A program made the translations under genes and the position numbers. Under the pieces are notes generated by a model. That model was not told where the DNA came from. It saw nothing but the letters and a program-made list of their open reading frames with translations, and searched no databases. This document shows positions 36,548 through 46,266 of a stretch of 64,000 nucleotides of DNA, one piece after another. This stretch comes from Steroidobacteraceae bacterium (lineage in GTDB: Bacteria; Pseudomonadota; Gammaproteobacteria; Steroidobacterales; Steroidobacteraceae), in the NCBI GenBank assembly GCA_036495805.1, contig DASXMG010000009.1:45596-109595 (forward strand), given 5' to 3'. Each line of letters begins with the position of its first letter. Position 1 is the stretch's first letter.

Positions 36548-38050
36548 TCATATTGATGGCGGCAGCAATATTGCCGTGCGTTCAAGATAGCGGGCAGAAG
36601 TGCGGTTACGGGGGTCGCCAATGTTGACGTAAAACGTCGCGGCCTGTTTTCGGGATCTGTTCGGAATAATCCTGATGAATAGGCTGGCTAAGCCCTTTCC
36701 CTTCGGCAGAAGCCGAGTTATCCGGGCCTGTGGTACGTAATCTATGCCGGGTTTTGCCGATGAAGGCTCGGTCCACCACACGAACGCCGCATCGCCGGCA
36801 TATCCCAAGGAGCGGCGGACGTGGATTTCGGCGAAATGTTCCTGCGACGGAATCCTGTATGTGTCGGCGGCCATGCTCAGCTTATGAGGCTTGACTTTGT
36901 TGAGTAATGGGTAGCGGGTGGTGGCGCTTTGGAGCGCTGCCGCATGGGTCGCTGCCGCAGCCGGGTTCTCGTTATTGATCAGCGGAATCTCCGCCGTCTT
37001 GGGGAGGTCGAATGAGCCGCTGATTTTTCTGTCGAACGAAGCGCGATTGATCGAAACGCACACCGCTAGAGCAAGGCAGAGAACGGCAGACATTGCGATG
37101 GCGCTTGACGAACGCGGCCTCAACAGGGCTGTGGGCGCCGTGTAGCGGGCAGAGAGGGGCGCTATTCGCCGTTCGCTCGCTTGTCCTGGAATCAGCCTGG
37201 CAATCCACTCGCGTATCGAAATCGAGCGGTCTTCCCGGCTCCCGGAAAGACCCATTGCCAATGTTTGCCACTGTCGCCGAGTGAGTCCACTTGGCCGTCG
37301 CGCCATCGAGCGGAGATCCTGCGCTTCGGTCGATGTGCGGCGTTGAAACGGATGCCGGCCCGAAAGCAACTCGTACGATATGCAGGACAAGGCATAGAGA
37401 TCGTCGCGCGGATCGGCTTGGGAGGCGCCAAAACCGAGTATGCGCAATTCACCCGAATGGGTAATTATGATATTTCGCGGTTTCAGGTCACCGTGCACGA
37501 TGTTACGCGAATGCGCGTGCGCCAAAACTTCCCCTACCTCTCGTATTATTGCCCAAGCAGATGCCCTGGGTATTGAAATGGCCGGCAATCTCTCAAACGC
37601 GCTGCTCAAAGTTTCACCCTTCAGAAACTCCATCGTGAAGAAGGCAATATCATTGTCCCGATCCCACTCGTACACTTTGACCGTGCTGCGATGCGAGAGC
37701 GTTAGCGCGCAAAGGAACTCGCGCCGTAGTTTCGATGAAATCTCTGCGCGCTTGTCAGTGGTTTCATGGGGCTCACGCTGCAATTTTATTGCGATGTGGC
37801 GATTGTCCTCGGGGTGATTGCTGCGATATAGATCCATTGCTTTGAACACTGTTCCGGCAACGCCCTTGCCCATGCGACTTTCTAAAAAATAGCGATTTCG
37901 CAATATTCGGCCAACCTCAGGGAGTGGTGCGGTTCGCTCATTCATGTGCGCCGGCGCAGCTTTGAACTGAGCCGATTGAGCGCCATCCGATAGATGACGG
38001 CCACACATAGGGCAATTCATGAGAAATCTGTGGATTGTCATTCGGCCCAA
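36548..38050 (-). CDS. Ser/Thr protein kinase-like membrane protein (degenerate kinase core) with N-terminal zinc ribbon
   Basis: CPMCGRHL. G-loop GKGVAGTVF, AIK Lys (HIAIKLQ), catalytic loop HGDLKPRNI, but GFG in place of DFG and a very short activation segment. TM segment AIAMSAVLCLALAVCV. C-terminal Calx-beta-like region. Confidence 0.8.
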   Translation of the reverse strand: MGRMTIHRFLMNCPMCGRHLSDGAQSAQFKAAPAHMNERTAPLPEVGRILRNRYFLESRMGKGVAGTVFKAMDLYRSNHPEDNRHIAIKLQREPHETTDKRAEISSKLRREFLCALTLSHRSTVKVYEWDRDNDIAFFTMEFLKGETLSSAFERLPAISIPRASAWAIIREVGEVLAHAHSRNIVHGDLKPRNIIITHSGELRILGFGASQADPRDDLYALSCISYELLSGRHPFQRRTSTEAQDLRSMARRPSGLTRRQWQTLAMGLSGSREDRSISIREWIARLIPGQASERRIAPLSARYTAPTALLRPRSSSAIAMSAVLCLALAVCVSINRASFDRKISGSFDLPKTAEIPLINNENPAAAATHAAALQSATTRYPLLNKVKPHKLSMAADTYRIPSQEHFAEIHVRRSLGYAGDAAFVWWTEPSSAKPGIDYVPQARITRLLPKGKGLASLFIRIIPNRSRKQAATFYVNIGDPRNRTSARYLERTAILLPPSI

Positions 38051-38285
38051 ATCATCCCGTTTGGCAGATATTGTTTTTCTTTCGAGTCACTACGTTGACG
38101 TTATCGATGTATCGCATGCGCCGCTCCATCGCAATTGGACTAAAGGGCAACATGCCCTGCCTGCAAGGGCAGCCGCCGGGGAGGATGACTGCACCTAGGT
38201 ACAGGCGGATATTGCGCTTCGTTTTGATAACCTTCGGTCGCGGTCCGCAGCGCCGTCCTAGCCTTCACAAGCGGGTTGGAATGCC

Positions 38286-39293
38286 GTGAAAACCCGGCCG
38301 GTTGTGCAGTTTATTGCGACAGCGACATTATCCGCGATTGCTGTCAGCGTGGTGATCTGGGCTACGCTCGCTTTGTGGTTCGACGGGCCGAGTTCGCGGC
38401 CGCTCGCAGGTTCAATGTGCGCGGCGCTTGCCGCTATCAGCCTCTGCTTGGCAATGCGCGTGCACTCATATTTCAGCAGACGTTTGGCGGCAATCTTTCC
38501 GTCGGTTTTAGTCATGGCCTGGTGGCTGTCGATCGCTCCAAGCACCTCGCGCAACTGGGCTCCAGACGTTGCCCGCACAGCTCAGGCGGTTTTTCGAGGC
38601 TCGTCGGTAACCATCTCGAATGTGCGCGATTTCGAGTATCGCTCGGAGACCGACTACGATCAACGCTGGGAGGCGCGCACCTACGACCTCGGGGCGATTC
38701 GCGGTTTCGATCTATTCCTGTCCTATTGGGGGCCAACACGAATTGCGCACACGATTGCCAGTTGGGATTTCGCCGACGGCCGGCACCTTGCGATATCCAT
38801 CGAGACGCGTAAGGAAAAAGGTGAGTCGTATTCAGCGCTTCGCGGCTTCTTCCGCCAGTACGAACTCCATTACGTGGTCGCCGACGAGCGCGATGTCATC
38901 GGCTTGCGCGCCGGCTTTCGCGGCGAACAGGTCTATCTGTACCGCATCCGAATCCCGGTTTCACAAGCACGCGCCTTGTTGATCGACTACCTCGATCAAG
39001 TCAATCGTATCGCCGGGCATCCTCAGTGGTACAACGCCCTCACGCAAAACTGTACGACTGCAATTCGTTGGCATGGACAGAATGTCGGCGACAGTGGACC
39101 ATGGGATTGGAGACTGCTGCTCAACGGCAGCCTCGATCAACTGCTGTACGAGCGTGGTCAGATCGACACGAGCCTGCCGTTCGCCGATCTTCGGGCACGC
39201 AGCAATATTACAGAGAGAGCCGCGGCCGCCGCCGGCTCCGCGTTTTTCTCCGCCCGCATCCGGGGGATGCAGGATCCGCGTACCTCCAAATGA
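38286..39293 (+). CDS. DUF4105-like membrane-anchored protein
   Basis: N-terminal TM segments, then …VRDFEYRSETDYDQRWEARTYDL…FLSYWGP..IAHT…F…ISIETRKEKGESYS pattern recalled from DUF4105/Lnb N-terminal domain proteins. Confidence 0.65.
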   Translation: MKTRPVVQFIATATLSAIAVSVVIWATLALWFDGPSSRPLAGSMCAALAAISLCLAMRVHSYFSRRLAAIFPSVLVMAWWLSIAPSTSRNWAPDVARTAQAVFRGSSVTISNVRDFEYRSETDYDQRWEARTYDLGAIRGFDLFLSYWGPTRIAHTIASWDFADGRHLAISIETRKEKGESYSALRGFFRQYELHYVVADERDVIGLRAGFRGEQVYLYRIRIPVSQARALLIDYLDQVNRIAGHPQWYNALTQNCTTAIRWHGQNVGDSGPWDWRLLLNGSLDQLLYERGQIDTSLPFADLRARSNITERAAAAAGSAFFSARIRGMQDPRTSK

Positions 39294-39303
39294 TGATAAT
39301 GCT

Positions 39304-39981
39304 TCAGGGGGTGATGGCTTTCGCTTTGTCAAGTTCGCCACGCAGAGTCTTCGCCCAACCCGAGGCCGCGTTTCGTGCCTCGACAGCATTGTAGAACGTG
39401 TTCGAAAATCGGAAATTGCCCGGCGAGTGTGCCTGGTAGCGGTCGAGCATACGCACCATGATTTCCCCGGTCTCAGAATCCGCCAGCTCGGCGAGCAAGG
39501 TCATCTCACCGGCGGATACGGTATATACGCGCACTCGTCCGGCCGTGGGTACATCCGGTGCGGTAACGTAGAGATTGATGATCGAAGCCTGTACGCGCAA
39601 CACCTCCGGGCCTGGCTCGGAGACGATGGAGTAGCCGCCCTTCTTCAATTCCTCCACGAAGGCGTCGTGGATACATTCGGCGACATCGTCGCGGATTTTT
39701 TGCAATTCGCCGGAAGACAAGCCGCGCCTGCTGCCCGGGACGGTCGGCTTGAAACTTTTGTGAAAGCGTACGCCGATCGGCTGGATCATCACCGTTTTGT
39801 AGCCGGCAAGTGTTGCGCCCGGCAGCGCATAGGCCACGTCGACGTTTTTGATGTCGATCTTCCGCAGACCGTCATAGCTCATTACCTCGTCCAGGGTCTT
39901 TGCCTGCTGGGCGAGTACCGAGGTAGTCAAGAACAGACTGATGAGCCCAGCCAGTTGCCGAAGCAACCGTTTGTGATTCAT
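39304..39981 (-). CDS. secreted protein, DUF3313-like
   Basis: MNHKRLLRQLAGLISLFLTTSVLAQQ signal peptide from ATG 39981. The longer ORF to 40047 is an upstream extension. Confidence 0.6.
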   Translation of the reverse strand: MNHKRLLRQLAGLISLFLTTSVLAQQAKTLDEVMSYDGLRKIDIKNVDVAYALPGATLAGYKTVMIQPIGVRFHKSFKPTVPGSRRGLSSGELQKIRDDVAECIHDAFVEELKKGGYSIVSEPGPEVLRVQASIINLYVTAPDVPTAGRVRVYTVSAGEMTLLAELADSETGEIMVRMLDRYQAHSPGNFRFSNTFYNAVEARNAASGWAKTLRGELDKAKAITP

Positions 39982-40139
39982 GAGCACCTCAAGCCCTCCT
40001 ATAGTTTGACGTGCCGTCTCGGGCTGTCTCCTGCCGCATCCTGCCAACCTTAGGAACGCGAGACACTTGGATCAAAAGGCATAACGGACTGCCCGAATGG
40101 GAGGAAGTCGAGTAACGTAGCCGGCGCTGACCGCGGCAG

Positions 40140-40206
40140 CTACCCCTTTGGGCAGAAGTCATGCCTTTTCGTCGGATTGTCTCCGCCCGCAACTCGGGCG
40201 AAGGAT
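40140..40206 (+). promoter_or_regulatory. conserved box1-box2 / -35 / -10 element, copy E (upstream of the GH13-led operon)
   Basis: CTACCCCTTTGGGCAG-AAGTC-ATGCCTTTTCGTCGGA-TTGTCT-18 nt-AAGGAT. There is an extra box1-like CTGCCCGAATGG at 40089. Confidence 0.5.
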
Positions 40207-40270
40207 GTGATTGGCCACCGACGCTCGAAAAGGACAAGCAACTCCGCAGGCGGAAAGCCGAGCAATTATC

Positions 40271-41776
40271 ATGTCCACGTGGGTGAAATATCCTACATTG
40301 TACGAAATCAATACTTGGGTCTGGCTTTCCGATCTCAGCCTGAAAGCGGGAAAGCCCGTTGACTTGAGTTGCGTGCCCGCGGCGGAGTGGGATTGTATCG
40401 CCAGCCTCGGATTTCATGCCGCCTGGTTGATGGGCGTATGGGAGCGAAGCCCGGCCGGAATGACGATTGCCAATCGGAATGAGAATCTAGTCGAATCCTT
40501 CAGGCATGTCCTCGCGGATTTCACACCGCAGGACAATGTTGGATCTCCGTATTGCATTCATCGCTACGTCGTCGACCGGCAACTCGGCGGTGCGAGAGCG
40601 CTTGCAATTGCCCGCGAACAACTTGCAAACCGTGGCGTGAAGCTGCTCCTGGATTTCGTGCCGAACCATGTGGCGCCGGATCATCCGTGGGTCGGCGAAC
40701 ACCCGGATTATTTCATTCGCGGGAATGTCGAGGATCTAAGAAGCGATCCTGCGTCCTATCTCGAAGTCCAAGACCGCATTTACGCATGCGGACGCGATCC
40801 ATTTTTCCCGGCTTGGCCGGATGTTTTGCAGCTCAATGCGTTTGAACCGGGGCTGCGGCAGGCCGCGCTTGCCACCATTTCCAGCATCGCCGCACAGTGC
40901 GATGGTATTCGTTGCGACATGGCGATGCTTCTGCTGAACAAAATCTTTGCCCGGACTTGGGGCCGCCGCGCCGGAGTTCAACCGTCGACGGAGTATTGGA
41001 GCGATTTGATCTCGGCCACCAAGAAAGCAAACCCGCACTTCCTTTTCATTGCTGAAGCTTATTGGGATCAAGAGTGGGAACTTCAGCAGTTGGGCTTTGG
41101 CTACTGCTATGACAAGCGGCTGTACGACCGTTTGGAACACGACAATGCGGAGAGCGTCCGCCTTCATCTGTGCGCCGATATAGGCTACCAAAGAAAACTG
41201 CTTCGCTTTCTTGAGAATCACGATGAGCCGCGCGCTGCGGCAGTCTTCTCAGCTGCTAAGGAACGGGCTGCCGCGCTCATCACAGCGTCAGTCCCGGGCG
41301 CTAGATGCTTTCATGAAGGTCAATTGGAAGGCAGAAAAATCCGCTTGCCCGTATTTCTGGGTAGGCGCCCAGCGGAGCCCGTGGACAAAGACTTACAGTC
41401 GTTCTACATGAAATTATTGGCGGCGATCGATGCCCCGATTTTTCGCGATGGCGATTGGCAGTTATGCGAACGAAGCGGCTGGCCAGACAATTCAAGCGTT
41501 CGAAATCTCGTGGCATGGAGCTGGGTGAAGTGCACCGATCGGCGCCTCATCGTGGTCAACTTTTGCGGCGCTGCCGTGCAAGCTCATGTGCAGGTACCGT
41601 GGGAGAACCAAAGTGACTCTACTTGGCGTTTTACTGACAAGCTTTCGGATACCAGCTTCGAGCGCCATTTGCGCGAGCTTGCCGCACCAGGGTTGTATGT
41701 GGAGTTGGGTCCTTGGGGCTTCCATTTGTTCGAGTGCGAGATTACGCGCAATCACGCCGAAACTGCGCACCGGTAG
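40271..41776 (+). CDS. alpha-amylase family (GH13-like) glycoside hydrolase
   Basis: All four GH13 regions are present: LLLDFVPNHV, GIRCDMAML, FIAEAYWD, FLENHDEPR. ATG 40271 is preferred because TTG 40211 would sit at the predicted transcription start. Confidence 0.85.
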   Translation: MSTWVKYPTLYEINTWVWLSDLSLKAGKPVDLSCVPAAEWDCIASLGFHAAWLMGVWERSPAGMTIANRNENLVESFRHVLADFTPQDNVGSPYCIHRYVVDRQLGGARALAIAREQLANRGVKLLLDFVPNHVAPDHPWVGEHPDYFIRGNVEDLRSDPASYLEVQDRIYACGRDPFFPAWPDVLQLNAFEPGLRQAALATISSIAAQCDGIRCDMAMLLLNKIFARTWGRRAGVQPSTEYWSDLISATKKANPHFLFIAEAYWDQEWELQQLGFGYCYDKRLYDRLEHDNAESVRLHLCADIGYQRKLLRFLENHDEPRAAAVFSAAKERAAALITASVPGARCFHEGQLEGRKIRLPVFLGRRPAEPVDKDLQSFYMKLLAAIDAPIFRDGDWQLCERSGWPDNSSVRNLVAWSWVKCTDRRLIVVNFCGAAVQAHVQVPWENQSDSTWRFTDKLSDTSFERHLRELAAPGLYVELGPWGFHLFECEITRNHAETAHR

Positions 41777-41893
41777 TCGAAATAGACATGCTGGTCGCGC
41801 TGCACTTTAGTGCAATGTTTGAAGCGCTTTGGTGCAATTGTTGTAGTGCGTTCTTGATGTGATCCTGTCTTGGTCCATTGCGAGGAGCGCCCT

Positions 41894-43858
41894 ATGACCA
41901 ACCAAATCGGCCGGATTGATCAGTCAATCGTTGCGCTGTTAACGGACGTCGATGGGACGTTGGTTACAAAAGACAAAGTGATCACGGCGCGAGCATCTCA
42001 GGCAGTGAAGAGATTGCGAGAGCTTGGACTGGTATTTACCATCACGAGTGGCCGACCACCGCGCGGAATGCGCATGCTGGTGGCGCCGCTCCAGTTGACG
42101 TTGCCCATGGCCGCTTTCAGCGGCGCAGTGATCGTGCTCCCGGATCTGTCCGTAGTCGATCAAAGGACCCTTCCCGACTACGTGCTTCCTTCCCTCGTGG
42201 AAATGATCGCGTCGTTTGGCCTCGATGTATGGTTATATAGTGCCTCTGATTGGTACGTTCGCTCCCGCGAGGCTCTGCGAGTGGACCGCGAGTCATCAAC
42301 GGTGCAGTTCGAACCCACGGTGGTCCGCGACTTCGACCACGTGCTCACCGAGATCGTGAAAATAGTCGGCGTCAGTAACGATCACGCGCGCGTCGCGGCC
42401 TGCGAGGCGGCCCTTCAGGAAGAGTTCGGGACCCAGGTGACCGCTGCGCGATCGCAGCCGCATTATCTCGACGTGACCCATCCCAGCGCCAACAAGGGGA
42501 CGGTAATCGAGCGGCTGTCGCGTTATCTGAAGATTCCGTTGCAGCAAATCGCCACGATCGGCGATCAGTTGAACGACGTGCCGATGTTCAAACGCAGCGG
42601 ACTTAGCATCGCGATGGGCAACGCAAGCGACGAAGTCAAGCGCCAGGCAATGTTCGTAACGAGTTCGTTTGGCGATGAGGGCTTCGCCAATGCCGTTGAA
42701 AATTACATCCTGCCTCGGGCCAAGGCCGCGTGTGGTCCGGCAATCAAGGCCACCGGTCAGCTCAACCGGCTCGGGCAAAGCCTTTGGCTTGACAACATAA
42801 CGCGCGATTTGCTGACGAGCGGCACGCTCGAGAGCTATGTTGACGATCTGTCGATCACCGGGCTCACTTCGAATCCGACGATCTTCGAGCAAGCGATCAA
42901 GAACAGCTCTGCTTACGACGCGGCGATCGGCAAGAAGATCAGGCAGGAAAAAACGGCAGAGGAACTGTTTTTCGAACTCGCTATCGACGATCTCACGCAA
43001 GCGGCAGAAAGTTTTCGTCCGATATTCGATCGGACCAATGGCGTGGATGGATGGGTGTCGCTCGAGGTCTCGCCGCTCCTAGCCTACGACACCGCCGGGA
43101 CGCTGGCGGCCGCCAAGGAGCTCTTCGCTCGGGCAGCGTGCCGCAACCTCTTGATCAAAATCCCAGGCACCCGGGAAGGCCTGCCGGCCATCGAGGAAGC
43201 CATCTTCGCGGGAATTCCTGTGAACGTGACCCTGCTTTTCTCGCGCGAGCAGTATTTGGCGGCCGCCGAAGCGTTCTTGCGCGGCATCGAGCGCCGCATC
43301 GATGCCGGACTGAAGCCTGATGTAGGTTCTGTGGCGTCGGTTTTCGTAAGCCGCTGGGACGCGGCAGTGAGGGACAAGGTCCCCGAGTCACTGCGCAACA
43401 AGCTCGGCCTCGCGGTGTCGCAACGCACTTACAAGGCGTATCGAGCACTGCTCAGCTCGCCGCGTTGGCAGCGCAGCTACAATCTGGGCGCCCGGCCGCA
43501 GCGCCTGTTATGGGCAAGTACCGGCACCAAGGATCCATTGGCTTCCGACGTTTTGTACATCAAGGCGCTGGCGGCCCCCTTCACGGTAAACACGATGCCC
43601 GAAAACGCACTCAAGGCGCTCGCCGACCACGGTGATATTCCGGCGCTCATGCGTGCAGACGGCGGAAACTGCGAGGAGGTTTTGAAGCGGTTTGCGGTGG
43701 AGGGGATCGATATCCACGCGCTGGCGCGCAAGTTGCAGAGCGATGCCGCGCAGTCGTTCGTCAAGTCTTGGAATGAACTGATGCGGGTAATTGCTTCGCG
43801 CAGCGCAACGCTCGGAAAAACTCATTACGCAATGCGCGGCCACGCCGGCGCCCATTGA
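41894..43858 (+). CDS. tal: fusion protein: Cof-type HAD phosphatase (N) + transaldolase (C)
   Basis: HAD motifs LLTDVDGTL, TSGR and GDQLND in the first ~280 aa. Transaldolase follows from …GQSLWLDNITRD, …ITGLTSNPTIF and the Schiff-base Lys region NLLIKIPGT. GAGGAG RBS before ATG 41894. No stop codon or internal start at the junction. Confidence 0.85.
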   Translation: MTNQIGRIDQSIVALLTDVDGTLVTKDKVITARASQAVKRLRELGLVFTITSGRPPRGMRMLVAPLQLTLPMAAFSGAVIVLPDLSVVDQRTLPDYVLPSLVEMIASFGLDVWLYSASDWYVRSREALRVDRESSTVQFEPTVVRDFDHVLTEIVKIVGVSNDHARVAACEAALQEEFGTQVTAARSQPHYLDVTHPSANKGTVIERLSRYLKIPLQQIATIGDQLNDVPMFKRSGLSIAMGNASDEVKRQAMFVTSSFGDEGFANAVENYILPRAKAACGPAIKATGQLNRLGQSLWLDNITRDLLTSGTLESYVDDLSITGLTSNPTIFEQAIKNSSAYDAAIGKKIRQEKTAEELFFELAIDDLTQAAESFRPIFDRTNGVDGWVSLEVSPLLAYDTAGTLAAAKELFARAACRNLLIKIPGTREGLPAIEEAIFAGIPVNVTLLFSREQYLAAAEAFLRGIERRIDAGLKPDVGSVASVFVSRWDAAVRDKVPESLRNKLGLAVSQRTYKAYRALLSSPRWQRSYNLGARPQRLLWASTGTKDPLASDVLYIKALAAPFTVNTMPENALKALADHGDIPALMRADGGNCEEVLKRFAVEGIDIHALARKLQSDAAQSFVKSWNELMRVIASRSATLGKTHYAMRGHAGAH

Positions 43859-43909
43859 AGCCGACTCGCGCACGAACCTCATGATTCCGGCTTATGACTA
43901 GCTTTCCGC

Positions 43910-44623
43910 ATGAGTGTTCTGGCGATTGACATAGGAGGAACGAACATAAAAATCCTTGCTACAGGCCAGAAAGAGCCAAGAAGGTTTCCATCCGGGGAAA
44001 AAATGACGCCCAAGCAGATGGTTGCTGGGGTGAAGAGACTTGCGAGCGACTGGCAGTATGACGTGGTGTCGATCGGCTATCCGGGGATGGTCAAGGCCGG
44101 CCGTCTGTTCAGCGAACCTAATAACCTTGCGCCGGGCTGGGTTGGATTCGATTTCGAGCGTGCGTTTCGCCGACCAGTCAAGCTAATAAACGACGCTGCA
44201 ATGCAGGCAATGGGAAGTTATCAAGGCGGCGTGATGCTGTTCCTGGGTCTCGGTACGGGACTTGGATCCGCGCTGATCGTGAATGATACCGTCGTGCCGA
44301 TGGAGCTTGGCAGGCTGTCCTATAAGGACGGGACCATCGAGGACTACCTTGGCCGTCAAGGACTGACAAGGCTGGGAAGGAAGAGATGGGAAAGACTTCT
44401 CGCCGGGGTGGCCATGCGGCTTTCAGCAGCAATTCATCTGGATGATCTCGTGGTGGGCGGCGGCAATGCCAAAAAACTGACCTATTTGCCCGCCGGATGC
44501 CGCGTCGGCAGCAACGCGAACGCATTTATAGGCGGCTTTCGCATGTGGAACGAAGAGGAGCGACCGCGCGCTCTGGCGCCCGCGCGCGACGCTGCGACAA
44601 AAGGGGAGGCACGCAAAACATGA
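43910..44623 (+). CDS. ROK-family sugar kinase (short, glucokinase-like)
   Basis: [13 protein letters not shown]-terminal ATP-binding motif, …[12 protein letters not shown]…, 237 aa. Confidence 0.75.
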   Translation: MSVLAIDIGGTNIKILATGQKEPRRFPSGEKMTPKQMVAGVKRLASDWQYDVVSIGYPGMVKAGRLFSEPNNLAPGWVGFDFERAFRRPVKLINDAAMQAMGSYQGGVMLFLGLGTGLGSALIVNDTVVPMELGRLSYKDGTIEDYLGRQGLTRLGRKRWERLLAGVAMRLSAAIHLDDLVVGGGNAKKLTYLPAGCRVGSNANAFIGGFRMWNEEERPRALAPARDAATKGEARKT

Positions 44624-46266
44624 CGGCGCAGATCGCACGGCTTACCGAGCGCGTGGCGTGGAGACGTCTGGCGCAGCATCATCAAAAAGTGGGCGCGAAT
44701 TTGCACCTGCGTGAGCTATTTGCCGATGATCCAGGACGCGCTGAGCGCATGACGATCGAGGCGGTCGGACTCTATCTCGACTATTCAAAGAACCGCGTCA
44801 CCGACGAAACCATCGAACTGTTGTTGGACCTGGCGCAGCAATCCGGCCTGCGCGCGCGCATCGACGCGATGTTCAACGGAGAGGAAATCAACACCACGGA
44901 GAAGCGCGCAGTCTTGCACATTGCTCTGCGAGCGCCGCCAGGCGCATCGATCATGGTCGACGGCGAGAATATAGTGCCGCGAATCCATGCGGTACTGGAG
45001 AAGATGACTGCCCTTAGCATGCGCGTACGCAGCGGGGCTTGGAAAGGCCATACCGGGAAGCGGATTCGCACCATTGTCAATATCGGCATCGGCGGCTCGG
45101 ACCTTGGTCCGGTAATGGCTTATGAGGCACTAAAGCATTTTAGCGACCGGGCTATCGAGTGCCGCTTTGTGTCCAACGTCGACGGAACCGATTTTGCAGA
45201 AGCGGTTCATGATCTCGAGCCCGCGGAGACGTTGTTCATTGTATCTTCGAAGACTTTTACCACGCTCGAGACAATGACCAACGCGCGCACAGCGCGCGCG
45301 TGGCTGCTCGCCGGTCTCGGCGGCGATGAAAAATCGGTCGCGCGGCACTTTGTCGCGGTATCGACTAACGCAGCGGAAGTCGCGAAGTTCGGCATCGACA
45401 CCGCCAATATGTTCGAGTTCTGGGACTGGGTCGGCGGCCGCTATTCCATGACCTCCGCGATCGGCCTTTCAACCATGCTGGCCATCGGACCAGACAACTT
45501 TCGGGGGATGTTGACGGGTTTTCATCAGATGGATGAACACTTTCGCGGTTCCCCCTTCGAACGCAACTTGCCGGTTCTCATGGGCCTTCTGGCGCTCTGG
45601 TACAACAATTTCTTCGGGTCCCAGACCGTCGCGGTGCTGCCATATGAGCAGTATCTGAAGCGCTTCCCGGCTTATCTGCAGCAGTTGGCGATGGAGAGCA
45701 ACGGTAAACGCGTCACGGTCAATGGGGATTTGGTTGAGTACGACACCGCCCCTATTTACTGGGGCGAGCCGGGAACGAACGGCCAGCATTCATTTTATCA
45801 GCTGATTCACCAGGGAACTCGGCTCATTCCCTGCGACTTCATCGCGTTCTTCAAGAGCTTGAATGCGCTTGGAAGTCATCACGACATTCTTCTCGCGAAC
45901 GTCTTCGCACAGGCTGAAGCTCTCGCCTTTGGCAAGACACCCCAACAGGTGAAGGCCGAGGGGACGCCGGACTGGCTGGTGCCGCACCGGGTATTCGCGG
46001 GTAATCATCCGTCCAATACGATTCTTGCGGAACGGCTGACGCCTGACTCGCTTGGCAGGCTCGTCGCCCTTTATGAGCACTCCGTTTTTGTTCAGGGCGC
46101 GATCTGGAATATTGACTCATTCGACCAGTGGGGCGTCGAACTCGGCAAGGTGCTCGCGCAGCGGATCATCCCGGAAGTTCACGCCAGGGTAGAGCCCCGT
46201 CTAGGTCACGACAGTTCCACCAACGCGCTGATCCGCTGCTACCGGCGACATCGGGAGGCCTCATGA
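44620..46266 (+). CDS. pgi: glucose-6-phosphate isomerase
   Basis: 548 aa from ATG 44620 (ATGA overlap with the ROK stop). Motifs …[10 protein letters not shown]…, …SKTFTTLET…, …[18 protein letters not shown]…. Confidence 0.95.
   Translation: MTAQIARLTERVAWRRLAQHHQKVGANLHLRELFADDPGRAERMTIEAVGLYLDYSKNRVTDETIELLLDLAQQSGLRARIDAMFNGEEINTTEKRAVLHIALRAPPGASIMVDGENIVPRIHAVLEKMTALSMRVRSGAWKGHTGKRIRTIVNIGIGGSDLGPVMAYEALKHFSDRAIECRFVSNVDGTDFAEAVHDLEPAETLFIVSSKTFTTLETMTNARTARAWLLAGLGGDEKSVARHFVAVSTNAAEVAKFGIDTANMFEFWDWVGGRYSMTSAIGLSTMLAIGPDNFRGMLTGFHQMDEHFRGSPFERNLPVLMGLLALWYNNFFGSQTVAVLPYEQYLKRFPAYLQQLAMESNGKRVTVNGDLVEYDTAPIYWGEPGTNGQHSFYQLIHQGTRLIPCDFIAFFKSLNALGSHHDILLANVFAQAEALAFGKTPQQVKAEGTPDWLVPHRVFAGNHPSNTILAERLTPDSLGRLVALYEHSVFVQGAIWNIDSFDQWGVELGKVLAQRIIPEVHARVEPRLGHDSSTNALIRCYRRHREAS

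Noticed and set aside
40211-40270. TTG start at 40211 for the GH13-like gene (the 521-aa version).
   Set aside because: It would begin 5 nt after the proposed -10 hexamer, essentially at the transcription start, and adds 20 non-conserved residues. MSTWVKYPTLYEIN from ATG 40271 looks like the native N-terminus.
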